64,000 bases of DNA from Rhodothermales bacterium. Lineage in GTDB: Bacteria; Bacteroidota; Rhodothermia; Rhodothermales; Bin80. Below the pieces are notes generated by a model. That model saw only the letters and a program-made list of their open reading frames with translations. It did not search any database and was not told where the DNA came from. The position numbers and the translations under genes are program-made. The DNA lies in the NCBI GenBank assembly GCA_951812585.1, contig OX638318.1, positions 88,819 to 152,818 on the forward strand, read 5' to 3'. Numbering within the stretch: position 1 is the stretch's first letter; each line of letters opens with the position of its first letter. Shown here piece by piece: positions 1 to 9,512 of the stretch.

Positions 1-585
1 GTGGTAAAGGAGCGCTGCTGCCAGAGAGCGAACAAGTCAATCCGCACCAATACGATGCTCATCCGACACCTAGGTGCTTCAAGGCCGGGGGCTGCGCGTC
101 ATGTTCGACAGGCTGGTCTCACCGGCATGCACCCCCGCCTTGCCGGGCAGCTGGGTACGCAGTCAGCCCAGGACCATGCGGGCGCAGGTGCCTTGGAGCA
201 CGCAATCAGCCGAGCCACAATGGGCCGTGCCGCAGTCCACTGGGTTGTGAGTCGCACCACTGAGGTGCTTCCAAATCGGGCGGATTGCCTCTGTCACTAC
301 AGGCATTGGGCAGTCGTCGCGTTGCCGCAAAAGAGCGGCGCAGAACCGCCTGGAAGCAGCCCGCCCAGAGCTTAGGCGTGGGCCTTGCACGCCAAATTGC
401 CTGCGGTGGCGGCCCGGACGCGCCATGGCGGGCTGTCGGCGCGGTGACAGGGCAGCTGGGTACGCAGCATACAGGCATTGCCCGTATACTCTCGAGACTT
501 TCCTAGCCGAAACTGCAGGCATGGAGCACCCATGGGGATGATGCAGTCCCTACCTTAACCTTAGCCAGAACCCTATGCGGCAGTC

Positions 586-1386
586 GTGCGTCCACTAATA
601 ACGCTAACGACAGACTTTGGCAGCAGCGATGGCTACGTGGCTGCCATGAAAGGCACAATACTGTCCTTTTGCCCCCGTGCCCAGCTGATTGACATCACGC
701 ACGACATTGCAGCGTTTGATGTCATGGAGGCCGCCTTCGTTTTGCGCCAGGCCGTCCCGCATTACCCGGACAACACCGTCCACCTGGTGGTGGTTGACCC
801 TGGTGTGGGCTCAAAGCGGTACTCCGTGGCCCTGCGGTACCAGGGACACACCTTGGTCGGACCAGACAATGGGCTCTTTTCATTACTGCTTGGTGACCAT
901 GAGCCAGACGCGCTGATCACGCTGGATCGCCCTGATGCGTACCGGCTGCCGAGGCCCAGCGCAACGTTCCACGGACGTGACATCTTTGCACCCGTGGCTG
1001 CGCTGCTGGCCTGTGGACGTACGCTGGACAGCCTAGGAACCCCTTTGGCAGAACTCCGCCCGCTGCACTGGGCGCTTCCTATTGACGACGATCGCGGCAT
1101 TCGGGGATGGATCGTGCACATTGACCGCTTCGGCAATGCCATCACAAACATTCCCCGCAGCCTCGTTGACACGCGAAAAGGCAAACGCACGCTCAAATGC
1201 TATGTGGGCAATGCCATCATCTCGGGCATCACCGAGATTTATAGCGCCGTGGATGTCGGGGAGCCACTATTACTCTTTGGAAGCGATCAGTACCTGGAGG
1301 TGGCTGTGAATCGGGGCAATGCGGCCGAGCTATTCCACATCCGTCGCGGCACGCCAATCCACATGGTGTTTGCCGACGAGCGCTAA
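586..1386 (+). CDS. SAM hydroxide adenosyltransferase family protein (DUF62; chlorinase/fluorinase-like)
   Basis: 266-aa ORF with a GTG start. The N-terminal LITLTTDFG...DGYVAAMKG and VVVDPGVGS motifs match what I recognise from the DUF62 family. Confidence 0.75.
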   Translation: MRPLITLTTDFGSSDGYVAAMKGTILSFCPRAQLIDITHDIAAFDVMEAAFVLRQAVPHYPDNTVHLVVVDPGVGSKRYSVALRYQGHTLVGPDNGLFSLLLGDHEPDALITLDRPDAYRLPRPSATFHGRDIFAPVAALLACGRTLDSLGTPLAELRPLHWALPIDDDRGIRGWIVHIDRFGNAITNIPRSLVDTRKGKRTLKCYVGNAIISGITEIYSAVDVGEPLLLFGSDQYLEVAVNRGNAAELFHIRRGTPIHMVFADER

Positions 1387-2684
1387 GCGGCGGGCAGCTC
1401 GATCCGGAAGGTGGCTCCCTGACCAGATGCCCCGTGAAGCAGCGTGAGGGTGCCTCCGTGATAGTCCTGGATGATGCGCTTGGCCAGGCTTAGGCCGAGG
1501 CCCCAGCCGCGCTTCTTGGTGCTGTATCCCGGCCGGAAGATCTCCTTGCGCAGGTGGCGCTCAATCCCCTTGCCGCTATCTGCACAGTCCACATAGATGT
1601 GCCCGCCTTCCGCAAAAGCGGTAATGCTGATGCGCCCTTCATCGTTCTGGATGGCGTCCAGTGCGTTCTTGAGCAAATTTTCGATGACCCACCCAAAGAG
1701 CTGCGCGTTGAGCGGCGCGGTGAGCGCGGGGGGCACATCCAGGCTGAGCGTCACACCGTGGCGCGGCATGCGGCGGCGGATATAGTCGGCGGTGCCCTCT
1801 ATGGCCGGAGCCAAAGGCTGTACCACAAGGCGTGGCAAGGATCCAATATCGTTGAACCGATGGGCAACCCTGCTTAGGCGCTGGAGGTCGCGTGACATCT
1901 CGTCCAGCGTGGCGACATCGGCCCCATCGCGCTGGCGCATAAGCTCGTTCCATCCCATGAGGCTGGACAGCGGCGTGCCGAGCTGGTGTGCCGCCTCCCG
2001 GGCCATGCCCACCCAGAGCCTGCTCTGCTCGTTGCGCCGGACGTACGAAAACCCCATGTAGCCTACTATGACCAGAAGCCCCACAAAGAGCAGCTGCACA
2101 TAGGGAAAGATGCGCAGCTCCCGAATCAGCCCGGACTCGCCATAGTAGACATGCTGCATCAAACCATCATAGCCTTCCCCCGGCGGGACCTCAATGGTAA
2201 GGGGTTCATATACGGCCGCCATCTTCGGCAGGCGCGCACGCACCTTCGCAGCATCTCTTGCGCTGAGCGACTCGCCTTCCGGCACGCCCAGGTTACGCCA
2301 GGTTACCGGCGCGCCCAAGCTGTCGGTGATGATGGCCGGCACGTCCTGGTAATACTCGCTGATAAGTTCAAAAAAGAAGTTCGTATGCTGACCTGAAGGT
2401 TGACGTAAAGCCCATGCCAGCGCTTCCCTGTAGCGCTGGGAATCGGTGAGATCGCCTTCTTCCAGGGCGCTCGCCAAGCCATCCAGCTCGATCCGGTAGG
2501 GGTTGCTGATCGCGCCGCGTGCGACCTCCTCCCGGGCTCCCGCCCAGATCTCCATCCCGGCGCGCTCACGCTCGCGGAGCCGGTTCACCAGGCCGTTGCC
2601 ATACAGGAGGGATGCCAGTGCAATGATTACGGCAAAGACAATCAATCCGAGCTTCAGATTGACCGCGGTGGGGTAGGATTTCAT
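1383..2684 (-). CDS. Membrane sensor histidine kinase (orphan, no adjacent response regulator)
   Basis: 433 aa with two hydrophobic segments. It has an H-box (AAHQLGTPLSSL), an N-box (LLKNALDA), G1 (DSGKGI) and G2 (GWGLGLSL). Confidence 0.85.
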   Translation of the reverse strand: MKSYPTAVNLKLGLIVFAVIIALASLLYGNGLVNRLRERERAGMEIWAGAREEVARGAISNPYRIELDGLASALEEGDLTDSQRYREALAWALRQPSGQHTNFFFELISEYYQDVPAIITDSLGAPVTWRNLGVPEGESLSARDAAKVRARLPKMAAVYEPLTIEVPPGEGYDGLMQHVYYGESGLIRELRIFPYVQLLFVGLLVIVGYMGFSYVRRNEQSRLWVGMAREAAHQLGTPLSSLMGWNELMRQRDGADVATLDEMSRDLQRLSRVAHRFNDIGSLPRLVVQPLAPAIEGTADYIRRRMPRHGVTLSLDVPPALTAPLNAQLFGWVIENLLKNALDAIQNDEGRISITAFAEGGHIYVDCADSGKGIERHLRKEIFRPGYSTKKRGWGLGLSLAKRIIQDYHGGTLTLLHGASGQGATFRIELPAA

Positions 2685-2699
2685 GGCAGTTCCCCTGGG

Positions 2700-3986
2700 T
2701 CAGGGATTGATGCGGACACGGATCGTCTCGGAGCGCCTGGGGCCCGTGGAAATCATGCCTACCGGCTTTCCGGTGCCGCGGGCTATAAACGCCACAAGGT
2801 CGCGGGCGGTTTGCGGAAGCGCCCCGTAGGTTCGTATGCCGCGGATGTCTTCGTTCCAGCCTGCCAAGGTCGTATAGATCGGTGCCGCGTCCCGAAGCGC
2901 CTGGGCGTCCGTCGGAAATTGATCCGTGCGCTCAGCGCCGATGCGATACCCCGTGCACACCCGAACAAGGTCCAGGCCCGAAAGCACATCGAGCTTGGTC
3001 ACCGCCAGCTCCGTCACGCCATTGATGGCGTTGGCATAGCGCAGCGCAACGAGGTCCAGCCAGCCGCACCGGCGCGGCCGCCCCGTGGTGGCACCGTACT
3101 CTTGGCCATGGCTACGGAGGTGGTCGCCGATCATCCCGCTAAGCTCCGTCGGAAACGGTCCGTTGCCAACGCGCGTGCAGTAGGCTTTGGCGATCCCTAT
3201 GACCTCGCTGATTGCACTTGGCGGGATACCCAGCCCCGTGCAGGCACCGCCGACCGTTGGATGGCTGGACGTGACATAGGGGTAGGTGCCAAAATCCACA
3301 TCGAGCAGCGCGCCCTGTGCACCCTCGGCCAGTATATGCCGGTCGGCGGCAAGTGCGCGCAGGAGCAAGGCGGTGGTGTCGGTTGCCAGCGGCGCGAAGG
3401 CAGCCCTCACCTTGATGACTTCTGACAGGATCGCTTCTGCGTCCAGCTCAGTGCTGCTATGCACATGCCGCAACAGGGCGTTCTTCTCCTTGACGTTGGC
3501 GCGCACCTTGGCTGACAGCGTGTCAGCGCACAGCAGGTCCACGACTCTGATGCCTGTGCGCGCTGCCTTGTCTACGTAAGCCGGTCCGATGCCGCGCCCG
3601 GTGGTGCCAATCGCACGCTGCGCACGCGCCGCTTCGCGGGCCTTTTCCAGTGCTTTATGGTAGGGCAGGATCAGATGGGCACCGAGGGAGATGTGCAAAC
3701 GTCCTTTGACGTGGTAGCCCAGACGCTCTACGGCAGCAATCTCCCGCGAAAGGGCTGCAGGGTCGATTACCACGCCATTGCCGATGACGCAGGTGGTATC
3801 AGCCGTGAATATGCCGCTGGGAATCAGATGCAGAACGAAAGACCGATTGCCCCAGACGATGGTGTGCCCTGCATTGGCTCCACCCTGGTAGCGTGCCACC
3901 ACATCGGCGCGTTGACCCAAAAGGTCAACAACCTTGCCCTTGCCCTCGTCACCCCACTGGCAGCCGAGGATGACTGTTACAGGCAT
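2700..3986 (-). CDS. purA: Adenylosuccinate synthetase
   Basis: 428 aa. The N-terminal GCQWGDEGKGK P-loop and the overall length are typical of PurA. Confidence 0.95.
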   Translation of the reverse strand: MPVTVILGCQWGDEGKGKVVDLLGQRADVVARYQGGANAGHTIVWGNRSFVLHLIPSGIFTADTTCVIGNGVVIDPAALSREIAAVERLGYHVKGRLHISLGAHLILPYHKALEKAREAARAQRAIGTTGRGIGPAYVDKAARTGIRVVDLLCADTLSAKVRANVKEKNALLRHVHSSTELDAEAILSEVIKVRAAFAPLATDTTALLLRALAADRHILAEGAQGALLDVDFGTYPYVTSSHPTVGGACTGLGIPPSAISEVIGIAKAYCTRVGNGPFPTELSGMIGDHLRSHGQEYGATTGRPRRCGWLDLVALRYANAINGVTELAVTKLDVLSGLDLVRVCTGYRIGAERTDQFPTDAQALRDAAPIYTTLAGWNEDIRGIRTYGALPQTARDLVAFIARGTGKPVGMISTGPRRSETIRVRINP

Positions 3987-4071
3987 TGATGATGGCGCGG
4001 AGTATGGGTGCGGATTCCCGCTTTTGCTGCCGTCACGAGCGCCACAAGACGTTTACGGGTGGCAGAAATGC

Positions 4072-4419
4072 TTAGGTGTCTTCCGAATAACTGGCTGCGG
4101 CCTCTTCTACGGTGCCGTAGTGCTTGAAGACGGTGATGAGCTTGGTTACCATGAGCAGAGACTGGATACGTCCGGCCGCCTTGGCCAGACGCAGATCGCC
4201 TCCCGCATTGCGCATGGTCGTCATGCCGCTGATCAGCATGCCCAGACCGCTGGAGTTGAGAAACTTCACACGCCCTAGGTCGACCACGACATTGAGTTTC
4301 TGCTCTTCCTTGAGCTTGTGCAGCCGATCGTGGAGCTTCGCGCCGTCTGGCCCCCCCATAACGTCGCCGGTCAGCTTGATGACTACGGTATTGTAACGTT
4401 CGTTAACAGTGAATTTCAT
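4072..4419 (-). CDS. STAS-domain protein (anti-sigma-factor antagonist, SpoIIAA-like)
   Basis: 115 aa. The pattern VVDLGRVKFLNSSGLGMLI...GGDLRLA is typical of STAS/SpoIIAA proteins. Confidence 0.8.
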   Translation of the reverse strand: MKFTVNERYNTVVIKLTGDVMGGPDGAKLHDRLHKLKEEQKLNVVVDLGRVKFLNSSGLGMLISGMTTMRNAGGDLRLAKAAGRIQSLLMVTKLITVFKHYGTVEEAAASYSEDT

Positions 4420-4452
4420 GATTGCATTATGATTGAGTCCAGGGCTTGCGGC

Positions 4453-5406
4453 CTAGCGCCTGCGCCGCTGCGAGCGGGCAGCCGCACGGGCGAGCCTCCG
4501 TTGGTGTAGCTCCACCACGACGGGCGTGGCTACGAAGACAGACGAGTAGGTCCCGATGAGTATTCCGACGATAAGCGCAAAGGCGAATCCACGCAGCACC
4601 TCGCCGCCAAAGATAAAAAGTGTCAGCACCACAAGCAATGTGGTGCTGGAGGTGATGATCGTGCGGCTCAGGGTGGTGTTAACGGACCGGTTTACGACCC
4701 GATTGTACGGCTCCGTCTTGTACAGGTTGGTGAATTCGCGGATGCGGTCAAAGATGACCACGGTATCATTCAGCGAGTACCCAACGATGGTGAGGAAGGC
4801 CGCAATGATGGCCTGGTCGATCTGAAGCGAAAATGGCATCAGGCCCCGCAGCAGCGAAAAGAGACCGAGCGTGATCGCCACATCGTGAAAGAGTGCAGCC
4901 ACCGCGCCTAGTCCGAAGCGCCATTCAAAGCGGATCATCACATACACGAAGATGACAAAGAGCGAACCGAAGACCGCGTAGATCGAGCCACGCTTGAGGT
5001 CGTCCGCAAAGCGCGGTCCCACGACATCGGTCTTGACCACGCGCGGCGCGGACCCTGGAAAGGCATCGGCAATGCCTTGAACGATGGTATTCTGGATCTC
5101 CGTGGTTTCGCCTTCGCCTGCGCTCCGTACCAGGAGCGCTACGGCGCTACCGGCAGACACATCCGCATAGGTCTTCACCTCGGGAGCCTGGCCGAGCACA
5201 TCGGTCAGTGCGATGCGGGCGTCAGTGGAACTCACCTCCAGCGCCGTCTCCACGACAAACTCCCTGCCTCCCTTGAAGTCAATACCGAGTTCCAGCCCCC
5301 GTAACGCGAACGAGCCCAGGCTGATAAATAGCAGCACGCCGGAGAAGACATAGGCCTTCTGCCGGCTCCCTACAATATTGAAGTTGGCCTTCTCAAATAT
5401 GCGCAT
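4453..5406 (-). CDS. secF: Protein translocase subunit SecF
   Basis: 317 aa, multi-pass membrane protein lying directly downstream of secD. The motif GYSLNDTVVIFDRIRE is typical of SecF. Confidence 0.9.
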   Translation of the reverse strand: MRIFEKANFNIVGSRQKAYVFSGVLLFISLGSFALRGLELGIDFKGGREFVVETALEVSSTDARIALTDVLGQAPEVKTYADVSAGSAVALLVRSAGEGETTEIQNTIVQGIADAFPGSAPRVVKTDVVGPRFADDLKRGSIYAVFGSLFVIFVYVMIRFEWRFGLGAVAALFHDVAITLGLFSLLRGLMPFSLQIDQAIIAAFLTIVGYSLNDTVVIFDRIREFTNLYKTEPYNRVVNRSVNTTLSRTIITSSTTLLVVLTLFIFGGEVLRGFAFALIVGILIGTYSSVFVATPVVVELHQRRLARAAARSQRRRR

Positions 5407-5430
5407 ACGAACGCGTAACAGTTGTTGCGA

Positions 5431-7368
5431 TCAGCCGAAGCTGACTGCGCGGTGCCGCTCGATAACGGCGTAGTCAAAGATGATGCGCGTGAACACGATT
5501 GCGCTGAAGAGCGAGGCCAGAATGCCCGCCATCAGTGTGACGGCGAAGCCCTTGATCGGCCCCACGCCAAAGGAATACAGGATCACGCCCACAAAAAACG
5601 TAGTGATGTTGGCATCTATGATGGCGCTCAGTGCTTTGCTGTATCCGCCGTCAATGGATGCCTTCAGCGTCTTGCCGCTGCTTTCTTCTTCGCGGACGCG
5701 CTCAAAGATGAGCACATTGGCGTCTACGGCCATGCCGATCGTGAGCACGATGCCCGCAATTCCTGGGAGCGTCAGCGTCGCCTGAAAGCCCGCCAGGATG
5801 CCGAGGATGAAGATGATATTGATGAGGAGCGCCAGATCGGCCACGCCACCCGCCCCGCGGTAGTAGAAGATCATGAAGACCGCCACGATGAACAGCCCCA
5901 CCATGATGGAGGTAAAGCCCGCCTGGCGCGACACCATGCCGAGGCTGGGGCCTACCGTGCGCTCTTCCACGATGTTGACCGGAGCAGGCAGCGCGCCGCT
6001 TTTGAGTACGGTTACGATATCCTCCGCTTCCTCGCGAGAGCCGAGTCCCGTAATCTGCGAGTTGCCCCCGGTAATCTTGCCGATGACCGTCGGATACGAG
6101 TACACGACTCCGTCCAGCACGATGGCGATGTTCTTGTCTATGTTGGCGCCCGTCAGGCGTGACCATATGCGTGCGCCTTCGGAATTCATCGTCATGGCCA
6201 CAAGCGGCTGGTTCGTCGTCTGGTCAAAGTCCACGCGGGCATCGGTGATCGTTTCGCCCGAAAGTTCTTCGTTGACGTTGACGCCCAGAACCGTGAAGAA
6301 TTCCTGGCTGGCGTTGGGATCAACGGGTCGCGAGTGGTACAACAGTTCGATATCACGGGGCAAGAGCGCCTGTACATCAGGATCAAGCATGAGCGCATTA
6401 AAGGCCGCCGTGTCTTGCGCCATGACATCGCCGAAGAGGACGCTACCCTGCTGCCTTGGCCGCATCACGTCCAGGAGCGCATTGCCGGCCAGTCCATACT
6501 CGTCGTCTTCCTGCGCCAGCAGCTCGCTCACGTCCAGCGCATCGTTATCTGCTGCAGTGGTTTCTGCTTCTTCGACCTCTGCCACTTGCGGCAGGACTTC
6601 CGGGACATCGCCGGTCATCGTGGTGTCGGCGACCGTCGTATCGGGTGCCGCTATGTCAACCTCAAAGTGCTGAATGATGCGCTGGATCGAATTGTTCAGC
6701 TCACCGGGATCGGCCATCAGCCTGAATTCCAGGCGTGCCGTGCCCTTGAGCAGTCGGCGAACGCGTTCGGGGTCATCCACGCCGGGAAGCTCTACCACGA
6801 TGCGCATACCCCCCTGGGTCTGTATGGATGGCTCGGTGACGCCGAAGCGGTCTACTCTGTTGCGGATAATCTCAATGGCGCGCGTGATGGCATCCGCCCC
6901 CTGCGTGCGCAGGTATGCCATAACCTCGCTGTTACTGGAGCGACGCGTGATTTCGTCGCTGCGGAAATACCGCGACAGCGAGGCATTCGGATCACGGCTT
7001 GCAAACTCCTCTTCGAACGCATCGATCAGTGGTGTCCCTTCGGCGAGCGTTCGCTCCGTGGCCGCCGCCAGTACCTCGTCAAAGAACTCGTCGCGCCGCT
7101 CTCCGGCCAGTCGCTGCACCAGTTCGGACAAGTCGACTTCCAGCGTGATGTGGATACCGCCTTGCAAGTCCAAGCCGAGGTTGAGGGCTTTCTCCTTGTT
7201 GCGCTGCAGCCGGGCGTAGTTATCGTTTTCGTACTCGATACGTTCGATCTCGGAGAGGTTTTCCAGCTTATTGTTGTAGTACAACCTCATCAGGGAGGGG
7301 TACAGGTACCAGCCCGACAGAAGTAGAAAAAAGATGACGGCCGAGACCTTCGTCAGGTTACCTTTCAT
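5431..7368 (-). CDS. secD: Protein translocase subunit SecD (with an acidic periplasmic insertion)
   Basis: 645 aa. The C-terminal membrane domain contains IAGIVLTIGMAVDANVLIFERVREE. It is adjacent to secF. Confidence 0.9.
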   Translation of the reverse strand: MKGNLTKVSAVIFFLLLSGWYLYPSLMRLYYNNKLENLSEIERIEYENDNYARLQRNKEKALNLGLDLQGGIHITLEVDLSELVQRLAGERRDEFFDEVLAAATERTLAEGTPLIDAFEEEFASRDPNASLSRYFRSDEITRRSSNSEVMAYLRTQGADAITRAIEIIRNRVDRFGVTEPSIQTQGGMRIVVELPGVDDPERVRRLLKGTARLEFRLMADPGELNNSIQRIIQHFEVDIAAPDTTVADTTMTGDVPEVLPQVAEVEEAETTAADNDALDVSELLAQEDDEYGLAGNALLDVMRPRQQGSVLFGDVMAQDTAAFNALMLDPDVQALLPRDIELLYHSRPVDPNASQEFFTVLGVNVNEELSGETITDARVDFDQTTNQPLVAMTMNSEGARIWSRLTGANIDKNIAIVLDGVVYSYPTVIGKITGGNSQITGLGSREEAEDIVTVLKSGALPAPVNIVEERTVGPSLGMVSRQAGFTSIMVGLFIVAVFMIFYYRGAGGVADLALLINIIFILGILAGFQATLTLPGIAGIVLTIGMAVDANVLIFERVREEESSGKTLKASIDGGYSKALSAIIDANITTFFVGVILYSFGVGPIKGFAVTLMAGILASLFSAIVFTRIIFDYAVIERHRAVSFG

Positions 7369-7629
7369 GTTTGTGTCGCCTGTTGCGGATCACCTCCTAG
7401 CGTGTACATTCGCCAAGAGCCACGTTTCAACGCTTGTCCGCGCATTCCGTGCCCTCGCGCGCCCTCATTGGCAGCAGCCCCGTAAACGCACAGTAGCGCA
7501 GCGTTGTTGCGATGGCCGTGGCCCCGCGTCGCCGGCAGGAGCCAGGGATGGACCAGAGTGCCCACGCCTGGCGCATCCGGTTGGCTTGGCATGCGCTGCG
7601 ATCAGGCAAGCGCCGCTCGTTCGCGCCGC

Positions 7630-7740
7630 GTCTGTCCTGATGCCGGCGAACTGGGCCGGCCGACCAGACTTCGGGTTCAGGCCGAACGCTTCCAGGTCGT
7701 ACCAGAAGAAATGGGCAGGCGGCCTTTTTACATTATGCAT
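7630..7740 (-). pseudogene. Relic of the N-terminus of exodeoxyribonuclease I (sbcB-like)
   Basis: MHNVKRPPAHFFWYDLEAFGLNPKSGRPAQFAGIRTD resembles the ExoI N-terminus (FLFHDYETFG...DRPAQFAAIRTD, DxE exonuclease motif). Similarity is lost after about 37 codons. Only about 370 bp lie before secD, far too little for a roughly 480-aa ExoI. Confidence 0.45.
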
Positions 7741-7926
7741 CCGGCGTGCAGGCATCGGTGATACACAGACGGTGTTAGCCAGGTTGGCCGGCAAAGCGCC
7801 TCGCGCCCAGCACGCGAATGCCAGAGTGATTCACCGTCGAAGACGCCCGGTCACTTCTCCATAGGTCAAGACACCAATGCTTCATGTAATCTTAACTTGA
7901 CATAGGGTCCTACTATGCCAGGCATG

Positions 7927-9354
7927 CTACTTTGGCTTGCGGACAATGCCACCGGTGTAGGGTTGAAAGTCGAACAGCGCGCCCGCGCCCAATACGCGTG
8001 GATCACCCGACGCGTGCAATTCGCCGAAAAGCTGATTCCAGAGTGCGCGCTTAGCATCAGCGTAGGCTGGGCTTTGGGCTATGTTCACCAGCTGGTCGGG
8101 ATCTGCCCGAAGGTCGTAGAGCTCTTCGCCGGGGCGCTTGTCGAACGCAAGGGCGAACAGCGCGGCATGGTGCTCCGCATGATCCACCATGAAATGCTTG
8201 GTCGGACTGCCATCGATGTCGCTATACCACGCTCCGTGCATGAATGACTGTTCGTCGTTGGGCGTTCCTGCCGGCCACCGGTCCGGCGCAAAATTGTAAA
8301 CGTAGAGATAGTCGTCCGTGCGCAAGGCGCGCATCGGATATCCGCCGCCGAGCGGAGTCTCCTGCGCGGGGGTATGACGCTCCCTTCCAAAATAGACCGC
8401 GTTCCGCGTGGAATCGACGCGGCCTGATCGGTCGGTGGTGAGCTGCGGCATCAGGCTGGCACCGGTCATGGCGTCCGGTACTGGCGCACCAGCCAGTTCC
8501 AGAAACGTAGGAGCCAAATCTGTCAGGCTCACCAGGTCCGTTACGCGGCGGCCGCCGGGGATCTTGCCTGGCAGGCGCGCAATAAGCGGCACGCGCACGC
8601 CCAGATCGTACAGGTTGCCCTTGGCGCGCGGAAAAGGCATGCCGTTATCGCTGGTGATGACAATCAGCGTCTGATCCAGCTCGCCAGCCTCAGCCAAGAG
8701 ATTAACTAGCACCCCCAGGTCCTGATCGATTCGCTGCACTTCGTAGTAGTAGTCTGCGATGTCGCTCCGCACGGTGGGCGCATCAGGAAACGCGGACGGC
8801 ACCGCGATGCTGTCGAGTGCGATGCCGCTACGCACTCCGGACTCAGGGTCGTATCCCCGGTGCGGATCGTACGTGCCGAACCAGAAGTTGAAAGGCTGGT
8901 CTTCATCACGCGTTTCGAGGAAAGCGGCAAAGGATTCATACCGGTCCCCAGCGGGATTGCGCTCGCGATCCCCCAGCCTGCCGGGGCCCCACCCTTTACG
9001 GGTATAGCCTACGCGGTACCCCGCCGCTTCCAGGAGGTCCGGGTATGCGGCATGGTGGGTGGCAAGCGACCCGTAGAGATTGCCGCCCGCGCGCAGTCGC
9101 CAAAACGACTGTCCTGTCAGCAGAGAGGCACGTGAAGGTGTACAAGAAGGCGATGACACAAAAGCGTGCTCAAACACCACACCTTCGCGCGCGATGCGAT
9201 CTATGTTGGGCGTAGCCACAGCGCGGTCGCCGTAGGCGCCCGCATGCAGCCAGCTCCAGTCGTCTGCGATGACCAATAGAATGTTGGGCTGCGCTGTGTG
9301 CGGTGCACCGGCAAAAACCAACGGCAGTATGGCCAGCGGAATAAAATACCTCAT
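7927..9354 (-). CDS. Secreted formylglycine-dependent sulfatase
   Basis: 475 aa with a signal peptide. It has the motifs LLVIADDW and SSPSCTPSRASLLTG (C-x-P-x-R sulfatase signature). Confidence 0.85.
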   Translation of the reverse strand: MRYFIPLAILPLVFAGAPHTAQPNILLVIADDWSWLHAGAYGDRAVATPNIDRIAREGVVFEHAFVSSPSCTPSRASLLTGQSFWRLRAGGNLYGSLATHHAAYPDLLEAAGYRVGYTRKGWGPGRLGDRERNPAGDRYESFAAFLETRDEDQPFNFWFGTYDPHRGYDPESGVRSGIALDSIAVPSAFPDAPTVRSDIADYYYEVQRIDQDLGVLVNLLAEAGELDQTLIVITSDNGMPFPRAKGNLYDLGVRVPLIARLPGKIPGGRRVTDLVSLTDLAPTFLELAGAPVPDAMTGASLMPQLTTDRSGRVDSTRNAVYFGRERHTPAQETPLGGGYPMRALRTDDYLYVYNFAPDRWPAGTPNDEQSFMHGAWYSDIDGSPTKHFMVDHAEHHAALFALAFDKRPGEELYDLRADPDQLVNIAQSPAYADAKRALWNQLFGELHASGDPRVLGAGALFDFQPYTGGIVRKPK

Positions 9355-9413
9355 TATCGTAGGCTTTAGTGGATTCTGATGCCATGCAAGTAAGGCTGAC
9401 GGCTCATTAAATT

Positions 9414-9442
9414 ACTGTCAAACACACTGTGATCGTCACTGT
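9414..9442. promoter_or_regulatory. Three ACTGT direct repeats at an exact 12-bp period in the sulfatase/glnN divergent promoter region
   Basis: ACTGT occurs at 9414, 9426 and 9438, about 70-100 bp upstream of the glnN ATG. The function is unknown. Confidence 0.25.
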
Positions 9443-9512
9443 ACGGACCGAATTTGGCTAACTTGAGGCCCACCTTACTTCCCGTCACTTATACGATTTA
9501 CACGCCATTATC

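Noticed and set aside
1-585. ORFs of 73-124 aa on both strands at the window start.
   Set aside because: They are mutually overlapping, Arg/Ala/Pro-rich and have no recognisable motifs. I treat the stretch as non-coding or decayed sequence.
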